DNA of 64,000 nt from an uncultured Candidatus Saccharibacteria bacterium (GCA_964350645.1 CAYGJY010000001.1:142316-206315); one strand, 5' to 3'. Positions 1 through 11,227 are shown, counted from the stretch's first letter. Translations and numbers: made by a program. The notes: generated by a model not told the origin, from the sequence alone.

Positions 1-1
1 T

Positions 2-400
2 AAGACGTTGATTATGTCGCCGCGCGGCCAACAATTCACCAATGAACTGGCCAAACAATATGCTAAAAAGTACGACCACTTAGTGCTAATCAGTGGTCGC
101 TATGAAGGACTCGACGCGCGAATTAAAGAAATCACCAACGCCGAAGAGGTGAGTGTGGGTGACTATATTCTAACTGGGGGCGAGCTGCCCGCTTTAGCTA
201 TCATTGATGCGACTGCGCGACAGATTCCTGGAGTACTCGGTGAACAAGAATCACTCGAGGATGACCGAGTAACGACTGGTGAAACTTACACGCGGCCGGA
301 AGTATTTGTCTATAAGAAAAAGCAGTACCGAGTCCCTGAAGTATTTGTGGGTGGCAATCACGCAGAGATTGAAAAGCGTCGTGGCGGCAGCAAAGCCTAA
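2..400 (+). CDS. trmD: tRNA (guanine37-N1)-methyltransferase, 5'-truncated by window edge
   Basis: SPRGQ, ISGRYEGLDAR, SVGDYILTGGELPA and YTRPEV motifs; frame is open to the window start. Confidence 0.95.
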   Translation, partial: KTLIMSPRGQQFTNELAKQYAKKYDHLVLISGRYEGLDARIKEITNAEEVSVGDYILTGGELPALAIIDATARQIPGVLGEQESLEDDRVTTGETYTRPEVFVYKKKQYRVPEVFVGGNHAEIEKRRGGSKA

Positions 401-438
401 GGCTGGTTTTTTAGTTAAAATAAGGCACAACACAAAAC

Positions 439-468
439 AGCGTACGCAAAGCTAGCAGTACGCTTTTT
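439..468 (+). terminator. Putative intrinsic terminator after trmD
   Basis: AGCGTAC...GTACGCT inverted repeat followed by a T-tract. Confidence 0.5.
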
Positions 469-514
469 TGTATTGTCGAGAGACAGTTCTATGCTAGTAT
501 CTGAGAGTATTTAT

Positions 515-1354
515 ATGGAAATTCTTGATGGAAAAAAAGTCGCCGATAGCCAAGCAGAGACACTTAAGGAAGCCTTCGCAGCTTTAGACTTCACACCAAA
601 GTTGGTGATTTTTCGCGTGGGGGAGCGGGCGGATTCAAAGAGCTACGTCGAGCGAAAGGTGGCGATGGCAGAGCGTTTGGGAGTACAGGCAGAGGTGGTG
701 CATATGCCTTCGAGTGTCAGTGAGTCAGAATTACTCGCCAGTATTGAAGCGCACAACCAAGCGAGCGACACACACGGCATGATTGTGCAGTTGCCGCTAC
801 CAGAGGGTGTCAATAGTGATCGTATTATCAACGCGATTGATTCGCGTAAGGATGTTGATGGTTTGACCGATCACAACATTGCCAAGTTGGCAGCTAACGA
901 ACCAGGGGTCGTGCCGGCAACACCACGAGGAATCTTGTCTTTGCTTAAGGCCTATGATGTGCCAGTTGCAGGGAAGCATGTGGTGGTGATTGGCCGCTCA
1001 CGCTTGGTGGGGAAAAGTGTCTCACTCTTACTCCAGAATCATGATGCGACGGTCACGATGTGTCACAGTAAGACAACTGATTTGGCCGCTCATACGAGCA
1101 TGGCTGATATCGTGATTGTGGCGACTGGTCAGCAGCGGTTTATTTCGAGCAAACATTTGCGGGACGGGCAGACAGTGATCGACGTCGGTATTGGGGCTGA
1201 CGCTAACGAACGAATTGTCGGCGATGTTGATGTTGAATCGGTACAAGATCTGGATATTAAGCTTTCGCCGGTGCCGGGCGGAGTTGGTCCGATGACGGTC
1301 ATTTCGCTGTTTGAAAATTTGTTGACGGTAGTGAAGGAGTTTCAAAAGAATTAG
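515..1354 (+). CDS. folD: Bifunctional methylenetetrahydrofolate dehydrogenase/cyclohydrolase
   Basis: MEILDGKKVA start; HGMIVQLPLP, KDVDGL, VIGRSRLVGK, VIDVG and SPVPGGVGPMT motifs. Confidence 0.95.
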   Translation: MEILDGKKVADSQAETLKEAFAALDFTPKLVIFRVGERADSKSYVERKVAMAERLGVQAEVVHMPSSVSESELLASIEAHNQASDTHGMIVQLPLPEGVNSDRIINAIDSRKDVDGLTDHNIAKLAANEPGVVPATPRGILSLLKAYDVPVAGKHVVVIGRSRLVGKSVSLLLQNHDATVTMCHSKTTDLAAHTSMADIVIVATGQQRFISSKHLRDGQTVIDVGIGADANERIVGDVDVESVQDLDIKLSPVPGGVGPMTVISLFENLLTVVKEFQKN

Positions 1355-1369
1355 GTAAATTGGAGAGGA

Positions 1370-1402
1370 TAGCTGAGCGGCGGCGAAGCCGCCGCTCAGC
1401 TA
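1370..1402. repeat. Perfect 15-bp GC-rich palindrome with GAA loop
   Basis: TAGCTGAGCGGCGGC-GAA-GCCGCCGCTCAGCTA; no T-tract on either side. Confidence 0.85.
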
Positions 1403-1425
1403 CCCTGAATTATCAAAATAACTGG

Positions 1426-1453
1426 TTGCACTATTTTGTATATCCTGTATAAT
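1426..1453 (+). promoter_or_regulatory. Sigma70-type promoter of rpoBC
   Basis: TTGCAC-16 nt-TATAAT about 190 nt upstream of the rpoB ATG. Confidence 0.6.
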
Positions 1454-1641
1454 CTCGCCACTATTTACTCAGATTGAGTCACGGAACGTCGAGTATAAAA
1501 ACGGGGCCTGGGAAACCCCATCTATCATCTAGAGGTGATGTCATTAGTAAACCGTGTATAACTAAAGACACAGCATAAAGAACGCTACGAGCGGGCTTTT
1601 TACGTGTTAGGTGACTGCACAATAATTTATTCATATTTGTT

Positions 1642-4600
1642 ATGAGCACACAAAACGACGCTATCCGATCAGGTGTTTCAGTTGGTAATTTGCCAACTCG
1701 TACTTTCTCTAAGTTCCGCGCTCCTCTGGTAGAGCTACCAGATTTGATTGAACCACAGCGCGAAAGTTTTCGCTGGTTCGTTGAAACAGCTCTGAAAGAA
1801 GTCTTCACTGAGTTTTCACCGATCACTGACTACTCTGAGAAAAAATTTGAACTTGTCTTCAAAAAGTACGAACTAGGAGCTCCAAAGTGCACGCCAGAAT
1901 TCGCAAAGGAAAACAAGCTCACGTACGATGCACCACTGCATGCAACGGTGATTTTGAAGAACAAAACCTTCGAATCAGAAAAAGATCAGGAAATTTTCCT
2001 TGCTGATATTCCAGTGATGACCGACAATGGTACTTTCATCATCAACGGTGTTGAACGTGTGATTGTGCCGCAGCTTGCCCGGTCATATGGTATTTTCTAC
2101 ACCTCTCAAGAACAAAAGGGTAAAACCTACTTTGGCGCTAAAATCATCCCGGCGCGTGGTGCGTGGGTTGAGATCGAGTCAGAACACGACGGCGTTATTT
2201 ACGTCAAAATTGATCGCAAGAAGAAATTCCCAATTACGTCACTCTTGCGTGTATTTGGTCTAACGACAGAAAAAGAAATGCTCGCTCTCTTTAAGGATGT
2301 TGAGCGTGGCGAAGCGTACATTAAAGCCACCCTTGAAAAAGACCCAGCCAAAACAACTGATGACTCATATATCGAAATCTACAAGCGTTTACGTGACGGC
2401 GATCTTGCGACTGTCGATAACGCTAAGGAGTTTGTGAACTCAATCTTTTCTCCAGAGCGATACGATCTTTCAGAGATTGGTCGCCATCACTTTAATGAAC
2501 GAAACGGCCGACCAGTCGATAAAAAAGCGACTGATGAACGAACTATTTCGCTCGAAGATCTTCGCATTATCTTCACCGCAATTATGGAGAAGAACCACAC
2601 TCCAGGAGCGACACCAGACGATATTGACCACCTAGGTTTCCGTCGGATTCGTTACTTTGGTGAAATGGTGCAACAACGAGTACGTGTTGGTATGACACGC
2701 ATGAAGCGAAACATTCAAGATCGTATGAGTACGATTGAGGCCGAAACCTCACTGCCAATTCAGATTCTTAATCCACGACCACTCCAGGCGGCGATTAAAG
2801 AATTCTTCACCACCAACCAGCTATCACAGTTTATGCAACAGCAAAACGTCTTAGCTGAACTCGAAGGTCTGCGGACTATGTCTGCGCTTGGACCAGGTGG
2901 ACTGACGCGCGAACGAGCTGGTTTTGAAGTGCGTGACGTACACACCTCTCACTACGGCCGACTTTGTCCTATTCATACACCAGAAGGACCAAACATTGGT
3001 TTGATTCTTCGCCTCGCTATGTATGCTCGGGTCAATCGCTTCGGTATTATTGAAGCGCCGTATGTAAAGGTAGAGAAAGGAGTAGTCACTGATGAAGTAG
3101 TTTATCTAAACGCCCACGAAGAAGAACAATTCAACATTGCACACGCAGCGGTTGAAGTTGATGCCAAGGGTAAGATTGTTCCAGACTTGGTAGAAGCTCG
3201 GTTCAACGGTGAACCACGGGTAGTGCCACGAAAAGAAATTAGCTACATGGACATTGCTACCAACCAAGCTTTCTCGGTTGCAACTTCAATGATTCCATTT
3301 TTGAACCATGACGATGCCAACCGTACGCTTATGGGTTCAAACATGCAGAAGCAGGCGACTCCGTGTATTATCCCGGAAGCGCCGATTGTAGCGACTGGAG
3401 TAGAAAAAATGGCTGCCCTTGATACTGGTCGAGTAATTACTGCTCACGATGCTGGTGAAGTGATTGAGTGTGACGCCACCTTGATTGTTGTTAAGAACAA
3501 AGATGGTAAGAAGAAAGAGTATCCACTGACAACGTTCCAGCGAACCAATGACTTCTCAGCGTTTTATCATCGTCCAGCAGTGACGGTAGGTGATAAGGTG
3601 AAGCGAGGCGACTTACTCGCCGACACCTCTTCGACTGACAACGGTCAAATGGCCGTGGGACAAAATGCGATGGTGGCGTTCATGAGTTGGTCTGGAGCCA
3701 ACTACGAAGACGCGATTATTATCTCTGAGCGCCTCGTAAAAGAAAGTAAGTTCGCTACGATCCACATGGATGAACTTGATGTATCAGTACGAGACACTAA
3801 GCTTGGTCCAGAAGTAACTACACCAGACATTCCAAACGTCTCAGAACTGAAGCTGCGCAACCTTGATGAGAACGGCATTATCCGTATCGGAGCTGAAATT
3901 CGGCCGGGAGATATTCTAGTTGGTAAGGTGACACCAAAGGGTGAAACGCAACTAACTCCAGAAGAGCGACTACTCCGTTCAATCTTTGGTGAAAAGGCTA
4001 AGGACGTAAAAGATACGTCGCTACGTCTTGAGGCTGGGAAGCGTGGCCGGGTGATTGGGGTCAAAGTCTTCTCACGTGAAAATGGCGATAACCTCGAAAG
4101 TGGCGTGATTAAGCGCATTCATATTACCGTTGCTCAGGTACGAAACGTATCAGTCGGTGACAAGCTGGCTGGACGACACGGTAACAAGGGAGTTATTTCA
4201 CGAATTCTTCCTGAGGAAGACATGCCATACACAGAAGACGGTAAGCCAGTTGATATTCTTCTGACACCACTTGGTGTGCCGTCTCGTATGAACTTGGGAC
4301 AAATTCTAGAGCTTCACCTTGGAATGGCAGCTAACACTATCGGCTATCAAGCGGTCGTTCCACCATTTGGCGGAGCAACTGAAAATGAAGTGAAAGCGGA
4401 ACTCACTGAAGCTGGTCTGCCAACTGACGGAAAGGTACAGCTCCGTGATGGACGAACTGGAGAAGAATTTGCACAGAAAACAGCGATTGGTTACATGTAT
4501 ATCTTGAAGCTGCACCACATGGTGGAAGACAAGATTCACATGCGTTCGATTGGACCATACTCACTTATCACTCAACAACCACTCGGAGGAAAGGCACAGA

Positions 4601-4848
4601 TTGGAGGACAGCGATTCGGGGAAATGGAAGTATGGGCACTCCTTGGATATGGAGCGGCCTACACCCTGCGAGAAATGCTTACCATCAAGTCAGATGATAT
4701 TGTCGGACGAAGTGCAGCCTTTGATTCGATTGTACGCGGTGAGAAAATATCACATCCGCATACACCAGCGGCTTTCAACGTCTTGGTCAATCAGTTGCGA
4801 GGATTATCACTTGACGTTAATCTCGCTCGTGAAGAGCGTGATGTGTAG
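1642..4848 (+). CDS. rpoB: RNA polymerase beta subunit
   Basis: GTFIINGVERV, RDVHTSHYGRLCPI, GSNMQKQA, GDKLAGRHGNKGVIS, GGQRFGEMEVWAL. Confidence 0.99.
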   Translation: MSTQNDAIRSGVSVGNLPTRTFSKFRAPLVELPDLIEPQRESFRWFVETALKEVFTEFSPITDYSEKKFELVFKKYELGAPKCTPEFAKENKLTYDAPLHATVILKNKTFESEKDQEIFLADIPVMTDNGTFIINGVERVIVPQLARSYGIFYTSQEQKGKTYFGAKIIPARGAWVEIESEHDGVIYVKIDRKKKFPITSLLRVFGLTTEKEMLALFKDVERGEAYIKATLEKDPAKTTDDSYIEIYKRLRDGDLATVDNAKEFVNSIFSPERYDLSEIGRHHFNERNGRPVDKKATDERTISLEDLRIIFTAIMEKNHTPGATPDDIDHLGFRRIRYFGEMVQQRVRVGMTRMKRNIQDRMSTIEAETSLPIQILNPRPLQAAIKEFFTTNQLSQFMQQQNVLAELEGLRTMSALGPGGLTRERAGFEVRDVHTSHYGRLCPIHTPEGPNIGLILRLAMYARVNRFGIIEAPYVKVEKGVVTDEVVYLNAHEEEQFNIAHAAVEVDAKGKIVPDLVEARFNGEPRVVPRKEISYMDIATNQAFSVATSMIPFLNHDDANRTLMGSNMQKQATPCIIPEAPIVATGVEKMAALDTGRVITAHDAGEVIECDATLIVVKNKDGKKKEYPLTTFQRTNDFSAFYHRPAVTVGDKVKRGDLLADTSSTDNGQMAVGQNAMVAFMSWSGANYEDAIIISERLVKESKFATIHMDELDVSVRDTKLGPEVTTPDIPNVSELKLRNLDENGIIRIGAEIRPGDILVGKVTPKGETQLTPEERLLRSIFGEKAKDVKDTSLRLEAGKRGRVIGVKVFSRENGDNLESGVIKRIHITVAQVRNVSVGDKLAGRHGNKGVISRILPEEDMPYTEDGKPVDILLTPLGVPSRMNLGQILELHLGMAANTIGYQAVVPPFGGATENEVKAELTEAGLPTDGKVQLRDGRTGEEFAQKTAIGYMYILKLHHMVEDKIHMRSIGPYSLITQQPLGGKAQIGGQRFGEMEVWALLGYGAAYTLREMLTIKSDDIVGRSAAFDSIVRGEKISHPHTPAAFNVLVNQLRGLSLDVNLAREERDV

Positions 4849-4871
4849 TCGTCTCTAATTACATTTATAGT

Positions 4872-7800
4872 ATGGAAACAGAAACAAATACAATCAACAA
4901 ACACAGCCGTGTACAAGGCAGTCGACCACGTCAAATCCCGCAACAGTTCAGCGGAGTAAGTTTGAAGCTTGCTTCACCAGAACGAATCCTGGAGTGGTCA
5001 CACGGTGAAATCACCAAACCAGAGACGATCAACTATCGCACCCAGCGACCAGAAAAACACGGTCTATTCGATGAACGAATTTTTGGACCAGTCGAAGACT
5101 ACGAATGTTCGTGTAAAAAATACCGCGGTATTCGCTACAAAGGCATTACATGCGAAAAATGTGGTGTTGAAGTAACTCGTTCAATTGTGCGACGCGAACG
5201 AATGGGACACATCAACCTATGTGTACCGGTATCACACATCTGGTTTCTTCGTGGCATTCCAAGTCGTATCGCGCTGATCCTCGGTATTACCGCTTCAGAT
5301 GTTGAAAAGGTAGTTTACTTTGCGGGCTACATCGTGACCAAAGTCGCTGAGTCAGAACGGGCACGTCTTTTGAATGAACTAGATACTGAGTACAAAAACA
5401 AACTCAAAGAACTCCAAAATGATGATGCAAAAGTTGAGCTGAAGTCACGCATGGACGAGACTAAGAAGGAGATTGAAAAAATCAAAGCTGGTACGGTTCT
5501 CGATGAAACCAACTTCCATAAGTTTTCAATGAAGTATTCGACCTTGTTTGAGGCGCGCATTGGTGCTGAATCAATCTTTGAACTCTTCAAGCAAATTGAT
5601 ATGGTGGCGCTTCGAGAGCGACTTGAAACTGAACGAGAAACAGCCGGAGCGGCTGAGCGAGCGAAGCTCGACAAACGACTGTCACTCATCCGGGGTATGA
5701 TCCAGGCTGAAGTACGTCCTGAGTGGATGTTTTTGACGAACATTCCAGTTATTCCACCAGCCTTGCGTCCAATGGTTGCACTTGAAGGCGGACGACATGC
5801 ATCGTCTGATCTCAACGATCTCTACCGACGTGTGATCAACCGAAACAATCGTCTCAAGAAGTTGATCGATATTATGGCTCCAGACGTGATCTTGCGAAAC
5901 GAGAAGCGTATTTTGCAAGAAGCGGTTGATGCACTGATCGACAACTCAATCCGACACGGCAACACTGCCTACTCAGCCATGAGTCAGGCGCAACGACGAC
6001 CACTCAAGTCACTTTCTGATTACCTTAAGAGTAAGCAAGGGTACTTCCGACAGAACCTTCTTGGTAAGCGAGTTGATTACTCAGGTCGTTCAGTGATCGT
6101 GATTGGTCCAGACCTTGAACTTGACCAATGTGGTCTACCAAAGCACATGGCTCTTGAACTTTTCCGTCCGTTTGTTATCGCACAACTCTTGGAACAAGAA
6201 CTCGCGTATAACATTCGTGGAGCTGGTCGTCTGATTGAAGATGGTGTGCCAGAAGTGTGGGCAATTCTGGAAGACGTGATTCGCGAGAAACACGTGCTCC
6301 TTAACCGCGCACCAACCCTCCACCGACAAGGTATTCAGGCGTTTCGCCCAGTACTGATTGAAGGTAACGCGATTCAGGTTCATCCACTCGTGTGTACGGC
6401 CTTTAACGCTGACTTCGATGGGGACCAAATGGCAGTGCACGTGCCGCTCTCTGATGAAGCTCAGATGGAAGCTCGAGAAATGATCTCAGCGAACAAGAAT
6501 GTTCTGAAGCCGGGTTCAGGTGAGCCAGTAGTATCAGAGTCTCTGATGGATATGGCGCTCGGAGCCTTCTGGATGACAAAGATTGTTGAAGGCGCTCACG
6601 GTGAAGGTAAATTTTTCAGCTCACCAAACGACGCGATTAATGCCTATGATTTTGGCATCGTTGATTTCCGGGCCAAGATTAAGGTGCTTGCAACTGATAC
6701 ACCAAAGTATGCTGAATATGAAGAAGGTCTGTTTGAGACTTCAGTTGGACGACTTCTCTTCAACTCAGTTTTGCCAAGCGATCATAAGTTTGTGAACGAC
6801 ATCGTTAGTCAACGTGATCTCTTCGCGGTTGTGATTGACTTGATCGATGACCAAGGAGTTGATGTGGTTCCGAAAGTGGTCAACAAGATCAAGAAATTTG
6901 GTTTCAAGTACGCAACGCAGTCAGGAACCACTTGGGGAATTGATGAAGTAACTGTGCCGGAGGAAAAGGCAGGCATTATTGCTGCTGCCCGTGAAAAAGA
7001 ATTTATCATTCGTGAACAATTTGCAAATGGTCTTCTCTCACGTGATGAACGACGACGATTGATTGTTGAAATTTGGCACTTAGCTAAAACTGAAATTGAG
7101 GAAGTGATCCCACTTAAAATGGACCAAAATGGTTCCGCCTTTGACCTTTGGAAGTCTGGAGCGCGAGGTTCTATGCGTCAGATTGCTCAAATGGTAGGTA
7201 TGAAGGGACTGATGGTTAATACTCGAGGAGAAACCCTTGAGTTCCCAGTATTATCTTCGATGAAAGAGGGTATGACACCAATCGAGTACTTCAACACCAC
7301 TCACGGTTCACGAAAGGGTCTTGCTGACACAGCGCTTCAAACTGCTAAGGCAGGATACCTTACGCGACGACTCTTCGTTGTTGCGCAAGATGCGATCGTT
7401 ACTGAAGACAATTGTAAGACAAAAGAAGGAACAGAGATTAACCGTATTTCTGCTTCAGGTATTGAGATTGCTTTCTCAAAGGCTATTAAAGGACGAATCC
7501 TCGCTGAAGATGCTGTCGACAGTAAGGGGGTTGTGATCTTCAAGAAAGGACACATGATTTCTCGCCGTGATGCAATTGCGATCGAGGGTACTACGTGTGA
7601 GTCGGTAATCGTTCGCTCGCCGATGACCTGTGCAACACTCCGTGGAGTCTGTCAGCAGTGTTATGGAGTAGACCTTACTACCAATGCGATTGTTGATATT
7701 GGTGAAGCGGTTGGAACTGTTGCTGCCCAAGCAATTGGTGAACCGGGTACACAGCTCACGATGAACACCAAGCACCTTGGGGGTACCTCTGCCGCTGGTG

Positions 7801-8570
7801 GAGACGTAACACAAGGTTTGCCACGTGTAGAAGAGGTTTTTGAGAAACGACTACCGAAGATTCCAGCGGTGATTAGTAAGACTAATGGAGTTGTAACTGA
7901 AATTCGTCGTGAAGGTAAGGATCAAGTGATTGTAGTGGTACCAGAAAAAGGTGCTAAGCACGCTAAGAAGACCAGCGATCACCTCGAGTATGAAGTAAAC
8001 TTCCGACGTATGGTGACTGTGTCAGTTGGCGATGACGTCACTGAAGGTCAACTTATGACTGACGGTTCAGCACACTTGCCTGACCTCTTTAAGTTTGGTG
8101 GCAAAGAAATTACCCAAGACTACATCATTGCTGAAATTAACAAGATCTACGAACTGCAAGGTGTAACGATTGCCCGTAAACACATTGAGCTCATTGTGAA
8201 GCAGATGATGAGTCGAGTGAAGGTGACTGTCCCAGGTGATACTCACTTCACGCCAGGAGATGTGGTTGAAGAGTGGATCTTTGTAGAAACTAACGAAGCC
8301 GCGAAAGCTAGTGGTGGTGAAGTCGCAAAAGCGGACAAGCTCATCATGGGTATCACTGAGACCTCACTCTCACGTAAAAGTTTCCTATCAGCCGCATCGT
8401 TCCAGAACACTACTCGGGTGTTGATTAATGCAGCGGTCCGAGGTTCAGAAGATAACCTCGCTGGTTTGATGGAAAACGTGATCATCGGTCGCCTGATCCC
8501 AGCTGGAACTGGCTACAAGGGTTCAAACAAGCAAGAAATGATTGCTGCTGCTTTCCCGAAGCACGACTAA
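4872..8570 (+). CDS. rpoC: RNA polymerase beta' subunit
   Basis: KPETINYRT, Zn-finger CSC...CEKC, catalytic [29 protein letters not shown]. Confidence 0.99.
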   Translation: METETNTINKHSRVQGSRPRQIPQQFSGVSLKLASPERILEWSHGEITKPETINYRTQRPEKHGLFDERIFGPVEDYECSCKKYRGIRYKGITCEKCGVEVTRSIVRRERMGHINLCVPVSHIWFLRGIPSRIALILGITASDVEKVVYFAGYIVTKVAESERARLLNELDTEYKNKLKELQNDDAKVELKSRMDETKKEIEKIKAGTVLDETNFHKFSMKYSTLFEARIGAESIFELFKQIDMVALRERLETERETAGAAERAKLDKRLSLIRGMIQAEVRPEWMFLTNIPVIPPALRPMVALEGGRHASSDLNDLYRRVINRNNRLKKLIDIMAPDVILRNEKRILQEAVDALIDNSIRHGNTAYSAMSQAQRRPLKSLSDYLKSKQGYFRQNLLGKRVDYSGRSVIVIGPDLELDQCGLPKHMALELFRPFVIAQLLEQELAYNIRGAGRLIEDGVPEVWAILEDVIREKHVLLNRAPTLHRQGIQAFRPVLIEGNAIQVHPLVCTAFNADFDGDQMAVHVPLSDEAQMEAREMISANKNVLKPGSGEPVVSESLMDMALGAFWMTKIVEGAHGEGKFFSSPNDAINAYDFGIVDFRAKIKVLATDTPKYAEYEEGLFETSVGRLLFNSVLPSDHKFVNDIVSQRDLFAVVIDLIDDQGVDVVPKVVNKIKKFGFKYATQSGTTWGIDEVTVPEEKAGIIAAAREKEFIIREQFANGLLSRDERRRLIVEIWHLAKTEIEEVIPLKMDQNGSAFDLWKSGARGSMRQIAQMVGMKGLMVNTRGETLEFPVLSSMKEGMTPIEYFNTTHGSRKGLADTALQTAKAGYLTRRLFVVAQDAIVTEDNCKTKEGTEINRISASGIEIAFSKAIKGRILAEDAVDSKGVVIFKKGHMISRRDAIAIEGTTCESVIVRSPMTCATLRGVCQQCYGVDLTTNAIVDIGEAVGTVAAQAIGEPGTQLTMNTKHLGGTSAAGGDVTQGLPRVEEVFEKRLPKIPAVISKTNGVVTEIRREGKDQVIVVVPEKGAKHAKKTSDHLEYEVNFRRMVTVSVGDDVTEGQLMTDGSAHLPDLFKFGGKEITQDYIIAEINKIYELQGVTIARKHIELIVKQMMSRVKVTVPGDTHFTPGDVVEEWIFVETNEAAKASGGEVAKADKLIMGITETSLSRKSFLSAASFQNTTRVLINAAVRGSEDNLAGLMENVIIGRLIPAGTGYKGSNKQEMIAAAFPKHD

Positions 8571-8590
8571 TCAGACAGGGGAGAGATGAA

Positions 8591-8631
8591 TATCACAAAA
8601 GGCCGGCGCAAAGCGCCGGCCTTTTGTGATA
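8591..8631. terminator. Intrinsic terminator after rpoC (A/T-flanked)
   Basis: Perfect 19-bp inverted repeat TATCACAAAAGGCCGGCGC-AAA-GCGCCGGCCTTTTGTGATA. Confidence 0.85.
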
Positions 8632-8643
8632 CAGTATCTCTAT

Positions 8644-9396
8644 ATGCAATTTCTATTCTTCGCGATTGTAGTTTTCGTCTTGGTATTTCCAATCAAACTC
8701 TTGCAGATAATTGCTCGTAGGCTGTTCGCACAACCAGTGTCACTTTTCTGGTCTGCTGCTGTGGTGAGTATTTTTTATGTGGCATCGCTTGCTCTGACAT
8801 TCCTGAGTTCCCTCTTGTTTTCGATGAATCTCTGGGCGGAAATAGTGTTGTTGTGTTCGTTACAATTTGGACTGTTACTGCTCTTGATATATATGCTGTT
8901 GTCAGCCCCCTCGTTAAAGCGGGCAGCTGCCGTTACTGGTCTGCATATATGTGGGGGTATTATATGTACGTTAGTGTTTGTGATCGTTGTGCGACTGTTT
9001 TTGTTCTCACCATTCGTTGTCTCTGGCGAAGCTATGAGCCCAGGGTATGTTACCGGTGATTACTTAGTTATAAATCTACTACAAGAAAAGTATCAGCCAG
9101 GAGATGTCGTCGTTTACAAGTATCCTAGAGACCCATCAAGGTTCTTCATTCATCGGATAGTAGGTGTCCCTGGTGATCAGGTGAGAATAGAAGATGGCAT
9201 ATTGTATATAAATGGTGAGCCTGAAAGCGGTTACTTTCATACAGCAATGGATAAGTCTACGAACCTCGAAGAACGACTCGGTCGCGATGAGTATTTCCTC
9301 ATGGGGGATAATCGTGATCACAGTAGTGATTCACGTATTTTTGGAGTGGTGCAAAGAAAATTCATCCAAGGTACACCTGTCAAATTTGGTTTCTAA
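8644..9396 (+). CDS. Signal peptidase I (S26) family protein with multi-TM N-terminus; catalytic residues altered
   Basis: PFVVSGEAMSP, GDVVVYKYP, FIHRIVGVPGD and YFLMGDNRDHSSDSRIFG boxes. Confidence 0.85.
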   Translation: MQFLFFAIVVFVLVFPIKLLQIIARRLFAQPVSLFWSAAVVSIFYVASLALTFLSSLLFSMNLWAEIVLLCSLQFGLLLLLIYMLLSAPSLKRAAAVTGLHICGGIICTLVFVIVVRLFLFSPFVVSGEAMSPGYVTGDYLVINLLQEKYQPGDVVVYKYPRDPSRFFIHRIVGVPGDQVRIEDGILYINGEPESGYFHTAMDKSTNLEERLGRDEYFLMGDNRDHSSDSRIFGVVQRKFIQGTPVKFGF

Positions 9397-9454
9397 TTAG
9401 GCTCTTTTTAGCCATTTAGCGTTGATTGCCGATTTCGCGTATAATAGCTTCATT

Positions 9455-11227
9455 ATGGCTTCCGGTGATGCAGTGCAGCAAATTAAAGATCGTTTGTCGA
9501 TTGTTGACGTGGTGGCACCGTATGTCGAACTGCATCAAGCGGGGAAAAATCTAAAAGGAAAATCTCCCTTTACCCCCGAAAAAACCCCGTCGTTTTTTGT
9601 ATCACCTGATCGAGGTATGTATTACTGCTTCTCGACCAGTAAAGGTGGCGACATGTTCACTTTTGTGCAGGAGATGGAAGGAGTGGATTTCAAAGAAGCC
9701 TTGAAGCAACTCGCCGAAAAGGCGGGCGTAGAGCTGGTAGCCGAGGATCCTCAAAAACGAACCGAACGAGAGCAGGGGTATTCAATCCTCGATACTGCTA
9801 CCACTTTCTTTACTACTAAGCTGAGTGATACACCAAGTGCTCGTGAGTATCTTAAGGATCGTGGCGTGACTGGCGAAACCATCGCTCGTTGGCGTCTTGG
9901 ATACGCCCCAGGCCCACCGACTGGTGGCTGGCGCGACTTGCGAACTCATCTCACGAGCAAAAATTTTACTGATGCTCAGCAGCAGAAAGCTGGCTTGATT
10001 AAAACGGCTGGTGAAGGGAAGGAGCCGTACGATGTGTTTCGTGATCGAGTAATGTTTCCAATTTTTGATGCGGGAGGGAAAGTAGTGGCGTTTTCGGGAC
10101 GGATTCTCACTAAAGATACTGAAGCGCCGAAATATGTAAATTCACCTGAAACTGAATTTTTTAACAAATCTGAGATTCTCTATGGCTATGACAAAGCTAA
10201 GCAGGGGATTCGAAAGTTTGACTTTAGTTTGATTGTTGAAGGGCAATTCGACGTGGTTTTGTGCCACCAGGCCGGCTACAACAATACCGTAGCTGTTTCC
10301 GGAACAGCCCTGACTGCTCATCATGTTGGACTCTTGCAAAGAGTATCAAACCGTGTTGTGTTGGCTCTTGATTCAGATCGAGCGGGGATTGCAGCGGTGA
10401 AACGAGCCGCAGACCTCATGCTTGTACGAGGGATCGATGTTAAGGTAGCACAAATTCCTGATGGACAAGATCCGGCAGACATCATCAAAGCAGATCCAGC
10501 TTCGTTTAAAAATATTATTGGTCATTCAACGCACGTGATCAACTTTTTATTGGCAATTTTAAAATCAGATGCTAAAGACGAGCGCACCTATAAGCTTCGA
10601 GTGCGTGATGAAGTCTTGCCCTACATTGTAAAAATGGATAATAAAATTGATGCCGATCACTTTGAAGGAGTAGTAGCAACGGCGATCGATACGACAAAAG
10701 ATGCCGTGCATGCTGAGGTAATGCGGATTCGGGAGGAACAAGCTGCTAAGCCTAAGTCTATTGGAGCGGTGATTGAAAAGCGGGTGGCACCGAGTGGTTC
10801 GACAGATTCGCAAACACGACAAGCCGACCTCCTGAGTTACTTACTGGTTGCTGCTGATCTAATTGAGGTAGAAAAAAAACAACGTCTTGAAAATGCTTTA
10901 GAAAACATTACTGGGAAAACAGCCGTTGAACTAACCGACGTACTTGATCCTGCGAAGCGTAGTAAGCTTCTGTTTACACTTGAACAAGATTTTGCGAAGT
11001 TGTCATTATTGCAATTAGTGGATGAACTTGATTCAAAGCTGCGTGAGTTTCATATGCAGACAATTCGCACCAAACTAACTACACAAAAAAATGCTTTATC
11101 TGAAGCAGAGCAAACTGGTGATGGGGAGGCCGCTGAAGCGATCCTGGCTACTATTTTAGAGTTGCAGAAAGAAATGGCTCTGGCTGGCGTACCAGAGAGT
11201 GTCCTTAGTCCGCAAGTGGACGTTTAG
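9455..11227 (+). CDS. dnaG: DNA primase
   Basis: EKTPSF, FRDRVMFPI, PKYVNSPET, TOPRIM IVEGQFDV and LALDSDRAG. Confidence 0.97.
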   Translation: MASGDAVQQIKDRLSIVDVVAPYVELHQAGKNLKGKSPFTPEKTPSFFVSPDRGMYYCFSTSKGGDMFTFVQEMEGVDFKEALKQLAEKAGVELVAEDPQKRTEREQGYSILDTATTFFTTKLSDTPSAREYLKDRGVTGETIARWRLGYAPGPPTGGWRDLRTHLTSKNFTDAQQQKAGLIKTAGEGKEPYDVFRDRVMFPIFDAGGKVVAFSGRILTKDTEAPKYVNSPETEFFNKSEILYGYDKAKQGIRKFDFSLIVEGQFDVVLCHQAGYNNTVAVSGTALTAHHVGLLQRVSNRVVLALDSDRAGIAAVKRAADLMLVRGIDVKVAQIPDGQDPADIIKADPASFKNIIGHSTHVINFLLAILKSDAKDERTYKLRVRDEVLPYIVKMDNKIDADHFEGVVATAIDTTKDAVHAEVMRIREEQAAKPKSIGAVIEKRVAPSGSTDSQTRQADLLSYLLVAADLIEVEKKQRLENALENITGKTAVELTDVLDPAKRSKLLFTLEQDFAKLSLLQLVDELDSKLREFHMQTIRTKLTTQKNALSEAEQTGDGEAAEAILATILELQKEMALAGVPESVLSPQVDV

